Part shown: positions 39,654 to 48,406 of the stretch, in pieces
Position numbering within the stretch: position 1 is the first letter of the stretch
How the letters are laid out: each line of letters opens with the position of its first letter
Origin: Longimicrobiales bacterium
GTDB taxonomy: Bacteria; Gemmatimonadota; Gemmatimonadetes; Longimicrobiales; Gaopeijiaceae
Reading direction: 5' to 3'
DNA: 64,000 bases
Assembly: GCA_965116905.1 (NCBI GenBank)
Contig: OZ220732.1
Coordinates: 1,216,001 to 1,280,000 of the forward strand
Program-made: the position numbers and the translations under genes
The notes under the pieces: model-generated
What the model was told of the DNA's origin: nothing
Seen by the model: the letters and a program-made list of their open reading frames with translations, nothing else
The model's database searches: none

Positions 39654-40319
39654 ATGTTTATCGGGTCTCGGAAAACTCGACTGCCCGATCCGGAAGACGC
39701 GCTTCCGGGCCGAGCCGAGCCGTTGCCCGTGTCCGGGTTGCACCACGTGAGCGGCAACCGGATGAAGCCGCCGTTCCCGTCGGGCTTCCAGCGAGCGTAC
39801 TTCGCGATGGGGTGCTTCTGGGGCGCCGAGCGGCAGTTCTGGGAGTTGCGCGGCGTGTATTCGACCGCGGTCGGCTATCAGGGCGGCCGGACGTCGAACC
39901 CGACCTACGAAGAGGTGTGTACGGGGGGCACCGGGCACGCCGAATCGGTGCTCGTCGTCTTCGATCCGGATGTGATCGACTACCGTACGCTCCTGGCCGC
40001 GTTCTGGGAAGGGCACGACCCGACGCAGGGCATGCGGCAGGGGGCCGATGTGGGCACGCAGTACCGCTCGGCGGTGTACGTGGTCGGGGATCACCAGCGC
40101 CACCAGGCCGAGGCGTCCCGCGAAGTCTTCCAGGGCGAGCTGTCCGGCGCCGGATACGGCACGATCACGACCGAGATCGCGGAAGCCCCCGAATTCTACT
40201 ACGCCGAGGAATATCACCAGCAGTACCTGGCGAAAAACCCGGGCGGGTACTGCGGCCTCGGGGGCACGGGCATCTCCTGTCCGAGCGGCATCCCGGAACC
40301 GGATCCCGACCGCGGATGA
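39654..40319 (+). CDS. msrA: Peptide-methionine (S)-S-oxide reductase
   Basis: [34 protein letters not shown] and AEEYHQQY motifs; alternative start 39639. Confidence 0.96.
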   Translation: MFIGSRKTRLPDPEDALPGRAEPLPVSGLHHVSGNRMKPPFPSGFQRAYFAMGCFWGAERQFWELRGVYSTAVGYQGGRTSNPTYEEVCTGGTGHAESVLVVFDPDVIDYRTLLAAFWEGHDPTQGMRQGADVGTQYRSAVYVVGDHQRHQAEASREVFQGELSGAGYGTITTEIAEAPEFYYAEEYHQQYLAKNPGGYCGLGGTGISCPSGIPEPDPDRG

Positions 40320-41188
40320 GTCCGGACAACCGCCCCATCAACGGTCCGCCGTGGCGGGGACGGCTCTACGCGATCCTTTTCGAATCGGACAAGAACGGTG
40401 TGGCGACGGCGTTCGACGTCCTGCTGATCCTCACGATCCTGTCCAGCGTCGTGGTGGTCATGCTCGACTCGGTGGAATCGGTCGTGGCCGAGCATCGTGT
40501 TCTGCTGCTCGTCCTGGAGTGGATCTTCACGATCCTCTTCACGATCGAGTACGCGGCGAGACTGGCCGCGGTGCGTTCGAAGCGGCGTTACGCGCTGAGC
40601 TTCTTCGGCATCATCGACCTGCTGGCGATCATCCCGACCTACCTCAGTCTGCTGCTGCCGGGCACGCGCTTCCTGGTCATCATCCGGGTGTTGCGGGTGC
40701 TGCGGGTGTTCCGGGTACTCAAGCTCGTGCGCTACATGGGCGAAGCCAGGACCCTGGGACGGGCGCTGGCGGCCAGCCGCTACCGCATTATCGTCTTCCT
40801 GATCTCGGTGGTGACGCTGGTTGTGATTCTGGGGTCCTTCATGTACCTGATCGAGGGGTCGACCGCCGGTTTCACGTCGATCCCCCAGTCGGTCTACTGG
40901 GCCGTGGTCACGCTCACGACCGTGGGCTTCGGCGACATTACGCCGGCGACGGCGATGGGCAAGTTCCTGGCGGCCATCATCATGCTGATGGGATATGGTC
41001 TGATCGCCGTGCCGACGGGGATCGTAAGCGTTGAAATGGCCCAGGCGGCGCATATGGCCAGGAAGATGGAGGGGTCGCCGAGAGTGCGGGACCGGGTGTG
41101 TTCGGACTGCCACAGCGGCGGCCACGACTACGACGCGCAGTTCTGCAAGGGATGCGGGGGGACGGTGGTGGGGGTGGGGGCGGAATGA
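40316..41188 (+). CDS. Voltage-gated-type potassium channel (ion transporter) with C-terminal zinc ribbon
   Basis: S4-like [13 protein letters not shown], selectivity filter TTVGFGD and CSDC...CKGC. Confidence 0.92.
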   Translation: MSPDNRPINGPPWRGRLYAILFESDKNGVATAFDVLLILTILSSVVVVMLDSVESVVAEHRVLLLVLEWIFTILFTIEYAARLAAVRSKRRYALSFFGIIDLLAIIPTYLSLLLPGTRFLVIIRVLRVLRVFRVLKLVRYMGEARTLGRALAASRYRIIVFLISVVTLVVILGSFMYLIEGSTAGFTSIPQSVYWAVVTLTTVGFGDITPATAMGKFLAAIIMLMGYGLIAVPTGIVSVEMAQAAHMARKMEGSPRVRDRVCSDCHSGGHDYDAQFCKGCGGTVVGVGAE

Positions 41189-41958
41189 AGAAGCGGAAGC
41201 CGCCGGGCGGACCGGCGGGCGGATCGGCGGGCGGACAGGCAGGCGGATCGGCGGGCCCGGAGCGGCCGATCTCGGTGGACGAGGCCCGCGAGAAGGTGAT
41301 CGACCTCCTCAGCGAGAGCTTCGCCCAGGATCTCGTGTCCATCGAGGACTTCGAGCGGCGGGTCACCCTGGCGCAGAAGGCTCGCACCATGCCCGAGCTG
41401 GGGGCGGCGATCGAGGGACTTCGCGCAGGCGCGCCTGGCGCACCGGCTGCCCGGGGCGACGAACTTGCGGCCCTGCCGCGGACTGCGGCGGATCTGCCCG
41501 CGGGACGCATCCGGTCCGCCGACCGGGCCGTAGCCATCTTCGGCGAGACCAAGCGCAGCGGGGCCTGGATACCGGCGCGGCGCAACACCGTGGTGACCGT
41601 CATGGGGTCGATGGAGCTCGACCTGAGAGAGGCCCTGCTGGGGCCCGGCGAGACGGTCTTCACGGTGACCGCGGTGATGGGTTCGGTCGAGGTCATCGTG
41701 CCACCCGGCCTGCACGTCGAGTGCTCGGGTTCGGCGATTCTCGGCAGCTTCGAACACCTCGGGACCCGGGCGCTGCTGGCGTCCGGGGACGTGCCGATGG
41801 TCCGGATCGACGGCTTTTCGGTGCTCAGCTCGGTGGAGATCGAGTACCGGTATCCGGGTGAGAGCCGGCGCGAGGCCCGGCGCAGACGGCGAAGGGAAAA
41901 AAGGGAGCGGAAGCGTCTCCAGCGGCGGGATCGCTCGCGCCTGGGTCCCGGACGGTAG
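41185..41958 (+). CDS. DUF1707 (SHOCT-like) plus LiaF/DUF2154-like protein
   Basis: REKVIDLLSESFA...EDFERRV and AIFGETKRSG.W...MGSMELDLR motifs; ATGA overlap. Confidence 0.8.
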   Translation: MKKRKPPGGPAGGSAGGQAGGSAGPERPISVDEAREKVIDLLSESFAQDLVSIEDFERRVTLAQKARTMPELGAAIEGLRAGAPGAPAARGDELAALPRTAADLPAGRIRSADRAVAIFGETKRSGAWIPARRNTVVTVMGSMELDLREALLGPGETVFTVTAVMGSVEVIVPPGLHVECSGSAILGSFEHLGTRALLASGDVPMVRIDGFSVLSSVEIEYRYPGESRREARRRRRREKRERKRLQRRDRSRLGPGR

Positions 41959-42039
41959 CGGGGGCACCACCGGACGGTTACGCTGTCCGCGGCCGTTTTC
42001 GGTACCGACGACTCACTTCCTCCAGGAGGCGACAAGCCA

Positions 42040-42444
42040 ATGTTCAAGACGGAACACGCGGGACTCAAGGAGTTCGCTTACAACGCGCTACGCGTGGTTG
42101 CCGGCTTCCTCTTCGCTCAGCACGGGGCCCAGAAGCTGTTCGGCGTGCTGGGCTCGGAACCCGTGGAGAGCCTGATGAGCCTCAGAGGCGCCGCCGGCGT
42201 CATCGAGTTCTTCGGCGGACTGCTGCTGATGTTCGGGCTGTTCACGAGACCGGTCGCCTTCCTCGCCTCCGGACAGATGGCGGTCGCGTACTTCATGGTG
42301 CACGCACCGCAGGGATTCTGGCCGATCATGAACCGCGGCGAGCTTGCCGCCTTCTACTGCTTCACCTGGCTCTTCTTCTTCACGCACGGCAGCGGCCGGT
42401 ACTCCCTGGACGGGTGGCTCGCCGGCCGCAGGGAAGACGGCTAG
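42040..42444 (+). CDS. DoxX family membrane protein
   Basis: LRVVAGFLFAQHGAQKLFG, GLFTRPVAFLASGQMAVAYF and GRYSLD motifs. Confidence 0.92.
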   Translation: MFKTEHAGLKEFAYNALRVVAGFLFAQHGAQKLFGVLGSEPVESLMSLRGAAGVIEFFGGLLLMFGLFTRPVAFLASGQMAVAYFMVHAPQGFWPIMNRGELAAFYCFTWLFFFTHGSGRYSLDGWLAGRREDG

Positions 42445-42447
42445 CGG

Positions 42448-42864
42448 CTAGCAGTGCGCGTCGAAAGCGGCCTGCAGGTCGTCGGCGATCGCGGGCGCTG
42501 ACCGCCCCTCGATCTGGAAGCGCTCGAGCATGAACACGACATCGCCGTCCTTCAACAACGCGATCGAAGGGGAGGACGGCGGGTAGCCGATGAGCTGCTT
42601 GCGGGCTTCCGCGGTGGCGTCCAGATCCTGTCCGGCAAAGACCGTGACCTTGTGGTCCGGCTGCTTTTCGCCCTGCAGGGCCAGCGTCACGGCCGGGCGG
42701 AAGATCCCGGCAGCGCAGCCACACACGGAATTGACCGCGACGAGCACGGTGCCTTCCATGGCGTCCATCGCCTGGTTGACCTGCTCCGCGTCGCGGAGTT
42801 CCTGGAAGCCGATCTGAACCAGTTCGTGCCGCATCGGGGCGACCATCATTTCTGGGTAGGGCAT
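42448..42864 (-). CDS. BrxA/BrxB family bacilliredoxin
   Basis: MPYPEMMVAPMR, NSVCGCAAG, TVFAGQD and PPSSPSIAL motifs. Confidence 0.93.
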   Translation of the reverse strand: MPYPEMMVAPMRHELVQIGFQELRDAEQVNQAMDAMEGTVLVAVNSVCGCAAGIFRPAVTLALQGEKQPDHKVTVFAGQDLDATAEARKQLIGYPPSSPSIALLKDGDVVFMLERFQIEGRSAPAIADDLQAAFDAHC

Positions 42865-42919
42865 GTTCTTGTGGGGTCCTGTGGCGGGGGTCGGTGGTTG
42901 TACAGGTGCTTGTAACCGA

Positions 42920-42926
42920 TATTATA
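42920..42926. promoter_or_regulatory. Putative bidirectional -10 element (brx / hcrC-like)
   Basis: TATTATA gives TATTAT on + and TATAAT on -; TTGTAC at 42898-42903 is a candidate + strand -35. Confidence 0.5.
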
Positions 42927-42944
42927 GGCCGAAGGAGGTCCCCG

Positions 42945-43478
42945 ATGGAAGTTGTCCGCCTGCGGGTGAATGGAGATGAGCGCGTTTGCGGGGTGCCCGC
43001 GCACTACACCCTGCTGGAAACGCTGCGCTACGGCCTGGGTCTGACCGGGTCCAAGCAGGGGTGCGACAAGGGGGACTGCGGAGCCTGTACCGTAATCATG
43101 GACGGACGGGCCATCCTGTCGTGCATCACGCCGGTGTGGGAGGCCGAGGGGCGCGAGGTGCGCACCGTCGAGGGGCTCGCCGAGGGGACGGAGCCGCACC
43201 CGGTGCAGGACGAATTCGACCTCAACGGGGCGGCGCAATGCGGGTTCTGCACGCCCGGCATCCTGTGCAGTTCGGTGGCGCTGCTCGATCGCAACCCGGC
43301 GGCGACCCGCGAGGAGATCCGGGCGGCGCTGGCGGGCAACCTTTGCCGCTGCACCGGCTACGCGAAGATCTACGACGCCGTGGAGGCCGCGGCGACCCGG
43401 GTGGGCGGGAAGGCGCCGGAACCGGAGCCAGCGGGGCCGGAGCCGAAGGCCACTCCGGTCGAGCGGGTGGGCGCGTGA
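42945..43478 (+). CDS. hcrC: 2Fe-2S small subunit of a xanthine-oxidase-family enzyme (HcrC-like)
   Basis: GSKQGCDKGDCGAC, QCGFCTPG and NLCRCTGY motifs; AGGAGG RBS. Confidence 0.85.
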   Translation: MEVVRLRVNGDERVCGVPAHYTLLETLRYGLGLTGSKQGCDKGDCGACTVIMDGRAILSCITPVWEAEGREVRTVEGLAEGTEPHPVQDEFDLNGAAQCGFCTPGILCSSVALLDRNPAATREEIRAALAGNLCRCTGYAKIYDAVEAAATRVGGKAPEPEPAGPEPKATPVERVGA

Positions 43479-43492
43479 GGGTGGGCGCGTGA
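43465..43492 (+). repeat. Exact 14-bp tandem duplication of the GTGA stop/start junction
   Basis: GGGTGGGCGCGTGA x2, creating mini-ORF MRVGA* at 43475-43492. Confidence 0.85.
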
Positions 43493-46400
43493 GCGTGCGC
43501 GACGCTCCGGGGCCCGCCATCGCGGGCGACGCCGCCGAGGCGGACCGGTCCGGCGACGTCCTCTCCACCATCGGTCGCCCCATGCGCAAGGTCGACGGGC
43601 TGGCGAAGGCGACCGGGAGGGCGCGCTACACCGACGACATCCGGCTTCCCGGGATGCTGCACGGGAAGATCCTCAGGAGCCCGCATCCGCATGCGCGCAT
43701 CCTGGCGATCGACACGTCGCGCGCCGAAGCGCTGGAAGGCGTCCACGCGGTGGTGACCGGCCGCGACATGCCCACGCGCTACGGCATCATTCCGTGGACG
43801 CCGGACGAGTATCCCCTGTGCGTGGACCGGGTGCGCCACATCGGCGATGGCGTGGCGGCGGTGGCCGCGGTGGACGAGGACACGGCCATCGCGGCGCTGG
43901 ACCTGATCGACGTGGCGTACGAGGAGCTGCCCGCGTACCTCGACCCGCACGAGGCGATCGCCGCCGACTCGGGCCCGTACATCCACGAGCCGCGCAAGCC
44001 GGGGTTGAACGGCAACGTGACCAAGGTCGTGCGGCTGGCGTTCGGCGACGTGGAGGCCGGGCTCGGCGACTCGCATGTGGTGGTCGAGGGCGACTACTTC
44101 TTCGAGGGGACGACCCACACGCCCATCGAACCCCACTGCGCGATCGGGCTCGCCGAGGGCGACGGCAAACTCACCGTGTGGTCGGCGACGCAGGTCCCCC
44201 ACTACCTCCACCGCGAGCTGGCCCGGGTCCTGGAGGTGGATCCGGCGCGGGTGCGGGTCATCCAGCCGCCGGTCGGCGGGGCGTTCGGCGGCAAGTCGGA
44301 GCCCTTCGACCTGGAATTCTGCGTCGCGAAGCTGTCGATGATGACGGGCCGGCCGGTCAAGATCCTGTACACGCGCGAAGAGGTCTTCTACTCGCACCGC
44401 GGGCGGCACCCGTTCCACATGCGATACCGGACCGGGGCCACGCGCGACGGCATGCTCACCTCGGTCGACGCCAGGATCGTCATGGACGGCGGGGCGTACG
44501 CGTCCTTCGGGCTGGTCACGACCTACTACGCCGGGCAGCTCCTGACGGCGCCGTACCAAATGCCCGCGTACCGCTTCCACTCGACGCGCGCGTACACGAA
44601 CAAGCCAGCGTGCGGACCGAAGCGGGGTCACGGCTCGGTGCAGCCCCGGTTCGCGTTCGAGGTCCAGCTCGACCGGATCGCCGAGAAGCTCGAGATCGAC
44701 CCGATCGAACTGCGCAGGCGGAACTTCATCGGTGCGAACACGCGTACGGTGAACGACCTGCGGATCACGTCCAACGGCTTCCTGGAGTGCCTGGACGAGG
44801 TGGAGCGCGCGAGCGACTGGAAGCGCAAGCACCGCCGTCTGCCCTTCGGGCGCGGGGTGGGCGTCGCGGGATCGACCTACATCACGGGCACCAACTACCC
44901 GATCTACCCCAACGACATGCCGCAGTCGGGGATCCAGCTCCAGGTGGACCGGTCGGGGCGGGTGGCGGTCTTCTCCGGAGCTTCCGAGATCGGCCAGGGC
45001 GTCGATTCGATGGTCGCCTACATCGTGGCCGAGGAGCTGGGCGTGCCGCTGGACCATATCCGGGTGCTGGCGGGCGACACCGACTTCACGCCGGTCGATC
45101 TGGGCGCGTACTCGTCGAGGGTCACCTTCATGCTGGGGAACGCCTGTATCGACGCGGCGCGGAAGCTCAAGGCGCAGGTGCAGGAGGCCGTCGGGGCCGA
45201 GTGGGGCGTGAAGCCGCGCGAGGTGCTGCTGGCCGGGGGGCTGGCCCTGCAGGCGGGGGACACGGGCACGAGCATGCCGGTACGGGACGCATTCAACCTG
45301 GCCGAGGCCGCGTTCGGGACGCTGGGCGCCACGGGGTCGTACAACACGCCCAAGGACGTGCATGGGGACTACAGGGGCGCGACGATCGGCGCTTCCCCCG
45401 CGTACTCGTTCACCGCGCACGTGGCCGAGGTGGAGGTGGACGTGGAGACGGGCTTCGTGACGGTCGACAGGATCTGGATCGCCCACGACTGTGGACGGGC
45501 CCTGAACCCGGTACTGGTCGCCGGGCAGATGGAAGGTTCGGCGTACATGGGGTTCGCCGAGGCGCTGATGGAGGAACAGATCTTCAAGTCGGAGGACCAG
45601 GGGCGCGCGGGCCTGCACAACGCGCCCTCGCTGCTGGACTACCGGATCCCGACCAGCCTGGATACGCCGGAGCTGGAGTCGCTGATCGTCGAGTCGATCG
45701 ACCCCGAGGGCCCCTACGGCGCCAAGGAGGCCGGTGAAGGGCCGCTGCACCCGTCCATTCCGGCCATTGCCAACGCCATCTACGACGCGGTAGGCGTCCG
45801 CATGGACTCGTTGCCGTTCTCGCCGCCTCGCGTCTGGCGGGCGCTGCGGTCCGCGGGTGTGTCGCTCCGGTCCGGGGGCGCGGCGCTTCGGTCCGGGGGC
45901 GCGGCGCTTCTGGCCGTCCTCGGGGCCGGGGCGTGCGAGAGCCCTCCCGGCCCTCCCGATGCCGGCACGGATCGCGACTGGGAGATCGCCCGCGATCACT
46001 ACGAGTGGGCGGTCGCGCAGCAGCCCGATACGTTCCCCCGCTTCGGCGACCTCGTGGCGCGCATCGGCGAACGCTTCGTCGGGACGACCTATGAGCCGCA
46101 CACGCTGGAAGTCCCCGGACCCGAGCGCCTCGTCGTCAACCTGCAGGCGCTCGACTGCGTGACCTTCGTCGAGAACGCCCTGGCGCTCGCGCGTCTGGCT
46201 CGGCACCAGCCGCCGGAGGGCGCGTTCAGGAATGCGTACCGGGACGAACTCACGCGGATCCGCTACCGGGGGGGAGTGCTGGACGGATACCCCAGCCGCC
46301 TCCACTACTTCAGCGAATGGATCGCGGACAACGAGGCCGCGGGAATCCTGACCGCACTCTCGCGGGAACTCGGCGGCGTGGCGGACAGCTCGGCCATCGA

Positions 46401-46779
46401 CTTCATGTCCACCCACCCGGACGCGTACAGGCAGCTCGCCGATCCGGATGTCCTGGCGGGCGTCCTGCGCACGGAGGGGCGGATCAGTGCGGTCGAGCGG
46501 TACTACATACCGCAGGAGGAGATCGCCGCGAAGGCACATCTGATCCGTGATGGCGACATCATTGCCGCGACGAGCACGGTCCCCGGCCTGGATATCGCGC
46601 ACACGGGGATCGCCCTCTGGCAGGAAGGCGAGTTGCGGCTTCTCCACGCGCCGCTGGTGGGTTCGCACGTGGAGATCAGCGAGGGGACGCTGGCCGAGCG
46701 GATCCAGCGGATCGGCGGCCAGGACGGGATCATGGTCGCGCGGCCGGTCGCGCCCGGTGGAGTGCACGCGGACCGCTAG
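43489..46779 (+). CDS. hcrA: Molybdopterin large subunit (HcrA-like) fused in frame to a DUF1460 amidase-like lipoprotein domain
   Basis: GGAFGGK, GPKRGHG, GAYSSRVT, LLDYRIPT and GAKEAGEG, then LLAVLGAGAC, LDCVTFVE, RLHYFSEW and GLDIAHTG with no stop between. Confidence 0.85.
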   Translation: MSVRDAPGPAIAGDAAEADRSGDVLSTIGRPMRKVDGLAKATGRARYTDDIRLPGMLHGKILRSPHPHARILAIDTSRAEALEGVHAVVTGRDMPTRYGIIPWTPDEYPLCVDRVRHIGDGVAAVAAVDEDTAIAALDLIDVAYEELPAYLDPHEAIAADSGPYIHEPRKPGLNGNVTKVVRLAFGDVEAGLGDSHVVVEGDYFFEGTTHTPIEPHCAIGLAEGDGKLTVWSATQVPHYLHRELARVLEVDPARVRVIQPPVGGAFGGKSEPFDLEFCVAKLSMMTGRPVKILYTREEVFYSHRGRHPFHMRYRTGATRDGMLTSVDARIVMDGGAYASFGLVTTYYAGQLLTAPYQMPAYRFHSTRAYTNKPACGPKRGHGSVQPRFAFEVQLDRIAEKLEIDPIELRRRNFIGANTRTVNDLRITSNGFLECLDEVERASDWKRKHRRLPFGRGVGVAGSTYITGTNYPIYPNDMPQSGIQLQVDRSGRVAVFSGASEIGQGVDSMVAYIVAEELGVPLDHIRVLAGDTDFTPVDLGAYSSRVTFMLGNACIDAARKLKAQVQEAVGAEWGVKPREVLLAGGLALQAGDTGTSMPVRDAFNLAEAAFGTLGATGSYNTPKDVHGDYRGATIGASPAYSFTAHVAEVEVDVETGFVTVDRIWIAHDCGRALNPVLVAGQMEGSAYMGFAEALMEEQIFKSEDQGRAGLHNAPSLLDYRIPTSLDTPELESLIVESIDPEGPYGAKEAGEGPLHPSIPAIANAIYDAVGVRMDSLPFSPPRVWRALRSAGVSLRSGGAALRSGGAALLAVLGAGACESPPGPPDAGTDRDWEIARDHYEWAVAQQPDTFPRFGDLVARIGERFVGTTYEPHTLEVPGPERLVVNLQALDCVTFVENALALARLARHQPPEGAFRNAYRDELTRIRYRGGVLDGYPSRLHYFSEWIADNEAAGILTALSRELGGVADSSAIDFMSTHPDAYRQLADPDVLAGVLRTEGRISAVERYYIPQEEIAAKAHLIRDGDIIAATSTVPGLDIAHTGIALWQEGELRLLHAPLVGSHVEISEGTLAERIQRIGGQDGIMVARPVAPGGVHADR
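45841..45910 (+). repeat. 21-bp tandem repeat, 3 copies plus a partial, at the fusion junction
   Basis: Encodes ALRSAGV / SLRSGGA / ALRSGGA / AL. Confidence 0.8.
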
Positions 46780-46782
46780 CCG

Positions 46783-47823
46783 ATGCTCCGCCTTCCACCC
46801 TTCCGCTACCACCGGCCGCGCACGGTGCCCGACGCCGTCGCCCTGCTGGCCGAGTTCGGCACGGACGCCATGCCGATCGCTGGCGGCACCGACCTGATGC
46901 CCAACATGAAGCACCGGCTCTTCACGCCGGCGCATGTGGTGTCGCTGAAGGGTGTTGGCGCCATGCGCGGGATCAAGGTGGTGGAAGGTCCGGGCGCCGG
47001 GGCGGGGGACGCCGGGACGGCCACCCACGCGCCGGGGGCCGGGACGGCCCTGCGCATCGGCGCGCTCGAGACCCTTGCCGATGTCGCGGCGAGTCCGCTA
47101 GTCCGCCGTCACTTTCCCGGTCTGGCGTACGCCGCGGGCGTGGTGGCGGGTCCCCAGCTGCGCAACATGGGCACGATCGGCGGCAACGTCTGCCTCGACA
47201 CACGGTGCACGTACTACAACCAGACGCGGTTCTGGCGGAGCGCCCTGGGGTACTGTCTCAAGAAGGACGGAACCGTCTGCCACGTAACCGGGGTGGGCAA
47301 GAAGTGCGTGGCCGCCCATTCGGCCGACACGCCACCCAATCTCATCGCGCTTGGCGCCAGCCTCACCCTGGCCGGCCCGCATGGCGAGAGGACCCTGGAC
47401 GCTGCAGACTTCTTTGTGACCGATGGCATCTGGAACACCCGCCGGGAACCCGATGAAATCCTCACCGCGATCACCATTCCCATCGCGCGGAGCCGCCGCA
47501 GCGCGTACGGTAAGCTGCGCCAGCGCAACTCGATCGACTTCCCCCTCCTCTCGGTGGCGGTTGTGGGCGACTTCGGGGAGACGGGGACCGTGAAACGGCT
47601 GACCGGCGTCGTGTCCGCCCTGGGGGCGCGGCCGCGGGTGCTGGCGGGCTGGTCGGAACTGGCGGTCGGCGGGCGGCTCGATGGCGCGACGATCGACGCG
47701 CTGGCGGAGCGGGCGCATGCACAGTGCCGGCCCCTGGACAACCTGATTGTGGATGCCGAATGGCGGCGGGCGATGGTGCCCGTGTATGTTCGGCGAACTC
47801 TGGAGGAGTTGACCGTGTCATGA
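46783..47823 (+). CDS. hcrB: FAD subunit with 4Fe-4S insertion (HcrB-like)
   Basis: AGGTDL and LRNMGTIGGN motifs; Cys insertion CLDTRCTYYNQ...CLKKDGTVCHV...KKC typical of 4-hydroxybenzoyl-CoA reductase beta subunits. Confidence 0.85.
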   Translation: MLRLPPFRYHRPRTVPDAVALLAEFGTDAMPIAGGTDLMPNMKHRLFTPAHVVSLKGVGAMRGIKVVEGPGAGAGDAGTATHAPGAGTALRIGALETLADVAASPLVRRHFPGLAYAAGVVAGPQLRNMGTIGGNVCLDTRCTYYNQTRFWRSALGYCLKKDGTVCHVTGVGKKCVAAHSADTPPNLIALGASLTLAGPHGERTLDAADFFVTDGIWNTRREPDEILTAITIPIARSRRSAYGKLRQRNSIDFPLLSVAVVGDFGETGTVKRLTGVVSALGARPRVLAGWSELAVGGRLDGATIDALAERAHAQCRPLDNLIVDAEWRRAMVPVYVRRTLEELTVS

Positions 47824-48311
47824 AGCGCGAACGCGCGTTATACCGTGAGCGAACCTGGGCTCCGGCGTGGGTGTGGGTTCTGATCTGGGGAGCATGCCTG
47901 GCGGCGGTCGGTGCGACGGTCTACGGGGCGGGCCGCGAACCGATGTCGACGGCCGCGCTGGTCCTGACCGTAGGGGCCGTGCTGCTCTTCCCCCTCCTCC
48001 TGAGCACCCTTTTCCTGTGTCTCGACGTCGAGGTCCGTGCCGATCACCTCTTCATCGCCTTCGGGCCGATGCATCTCGTGCGCAAGCGGATCGCGTACCG
48101 GGACATGGAGTCTGCGGAGGCGATCACGTACAGCCCGCTCCGCGAGTTCGGCGGATGGGGGATTCGCCCCACGAAACGAAGGACCGCGTGGACCATACGG
48201 GGCAACAAGGCCGTTCGCATCACCCTGGGCAGCGGCAGGCAGATCTACGTGGGATCGCGCTACGCGCACCGGCTGGCCGGCCGCATCGCGCCGCGCCTGG
48301 GGGTGCGCTGA
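47820..48311 (+). CDS. Hypothetical membrane protein (two TM helices plus PH-like domain)
   Basis: YRERTW, two TM segments and YSPLREFGGWGIR; ATGA overlap. Confidence 0.75.
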   Translation: MKRERALYRERTWAPAWVWVLIWGACLAAVGATVYGAGREPMSTAALVLTVGAVLLFPLLLSTLFLCLDVEVRADHLFIAFGPMHLVRKRIAYRDMESAEAITYSPLREFGGWGIRPTKRRTAWTIRGNKAVRITLGSGRQIYVGSRYAHRLAGRIAPRLGVR

Positions 48312-48324
48312 TAATCTGCGGCTT

Positions 48325-48406
48325 TAGCTAAGCTAGACTAAGCTAAGCTAGAGCCAGGCTGGGCCGGGGCTAAGCCAGGCTGAGCCGCGGCTGGGCCGGG
48401 CTAGGC
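48325..48406. repeat. Degenerate pentamer array (AAGCT/AGGCT/GGGCT/GAGCC-like) between convergent genes
   Basis: tagctaagctagactaagctaagctagagccaggctgggccggggctaagccaggctgagcc... Confidence 0.7.

Noticed and set aside
39533..40315. Long N-terminal extensions in the ORF track (ion channel, sigma factor, SufD, thiolase, DUF4249-like, cyclophilin)
   Set aside because: They overlap real neighbouring genes; true starts are supported by an RBS, a promoter or a stop/start overlap
48325..48406. Resemblance of the pentamers to immunoglobulin switch repeats (contamination)
   Set aside because: The array is short and merges seamlessly into the flanking bacterial genes
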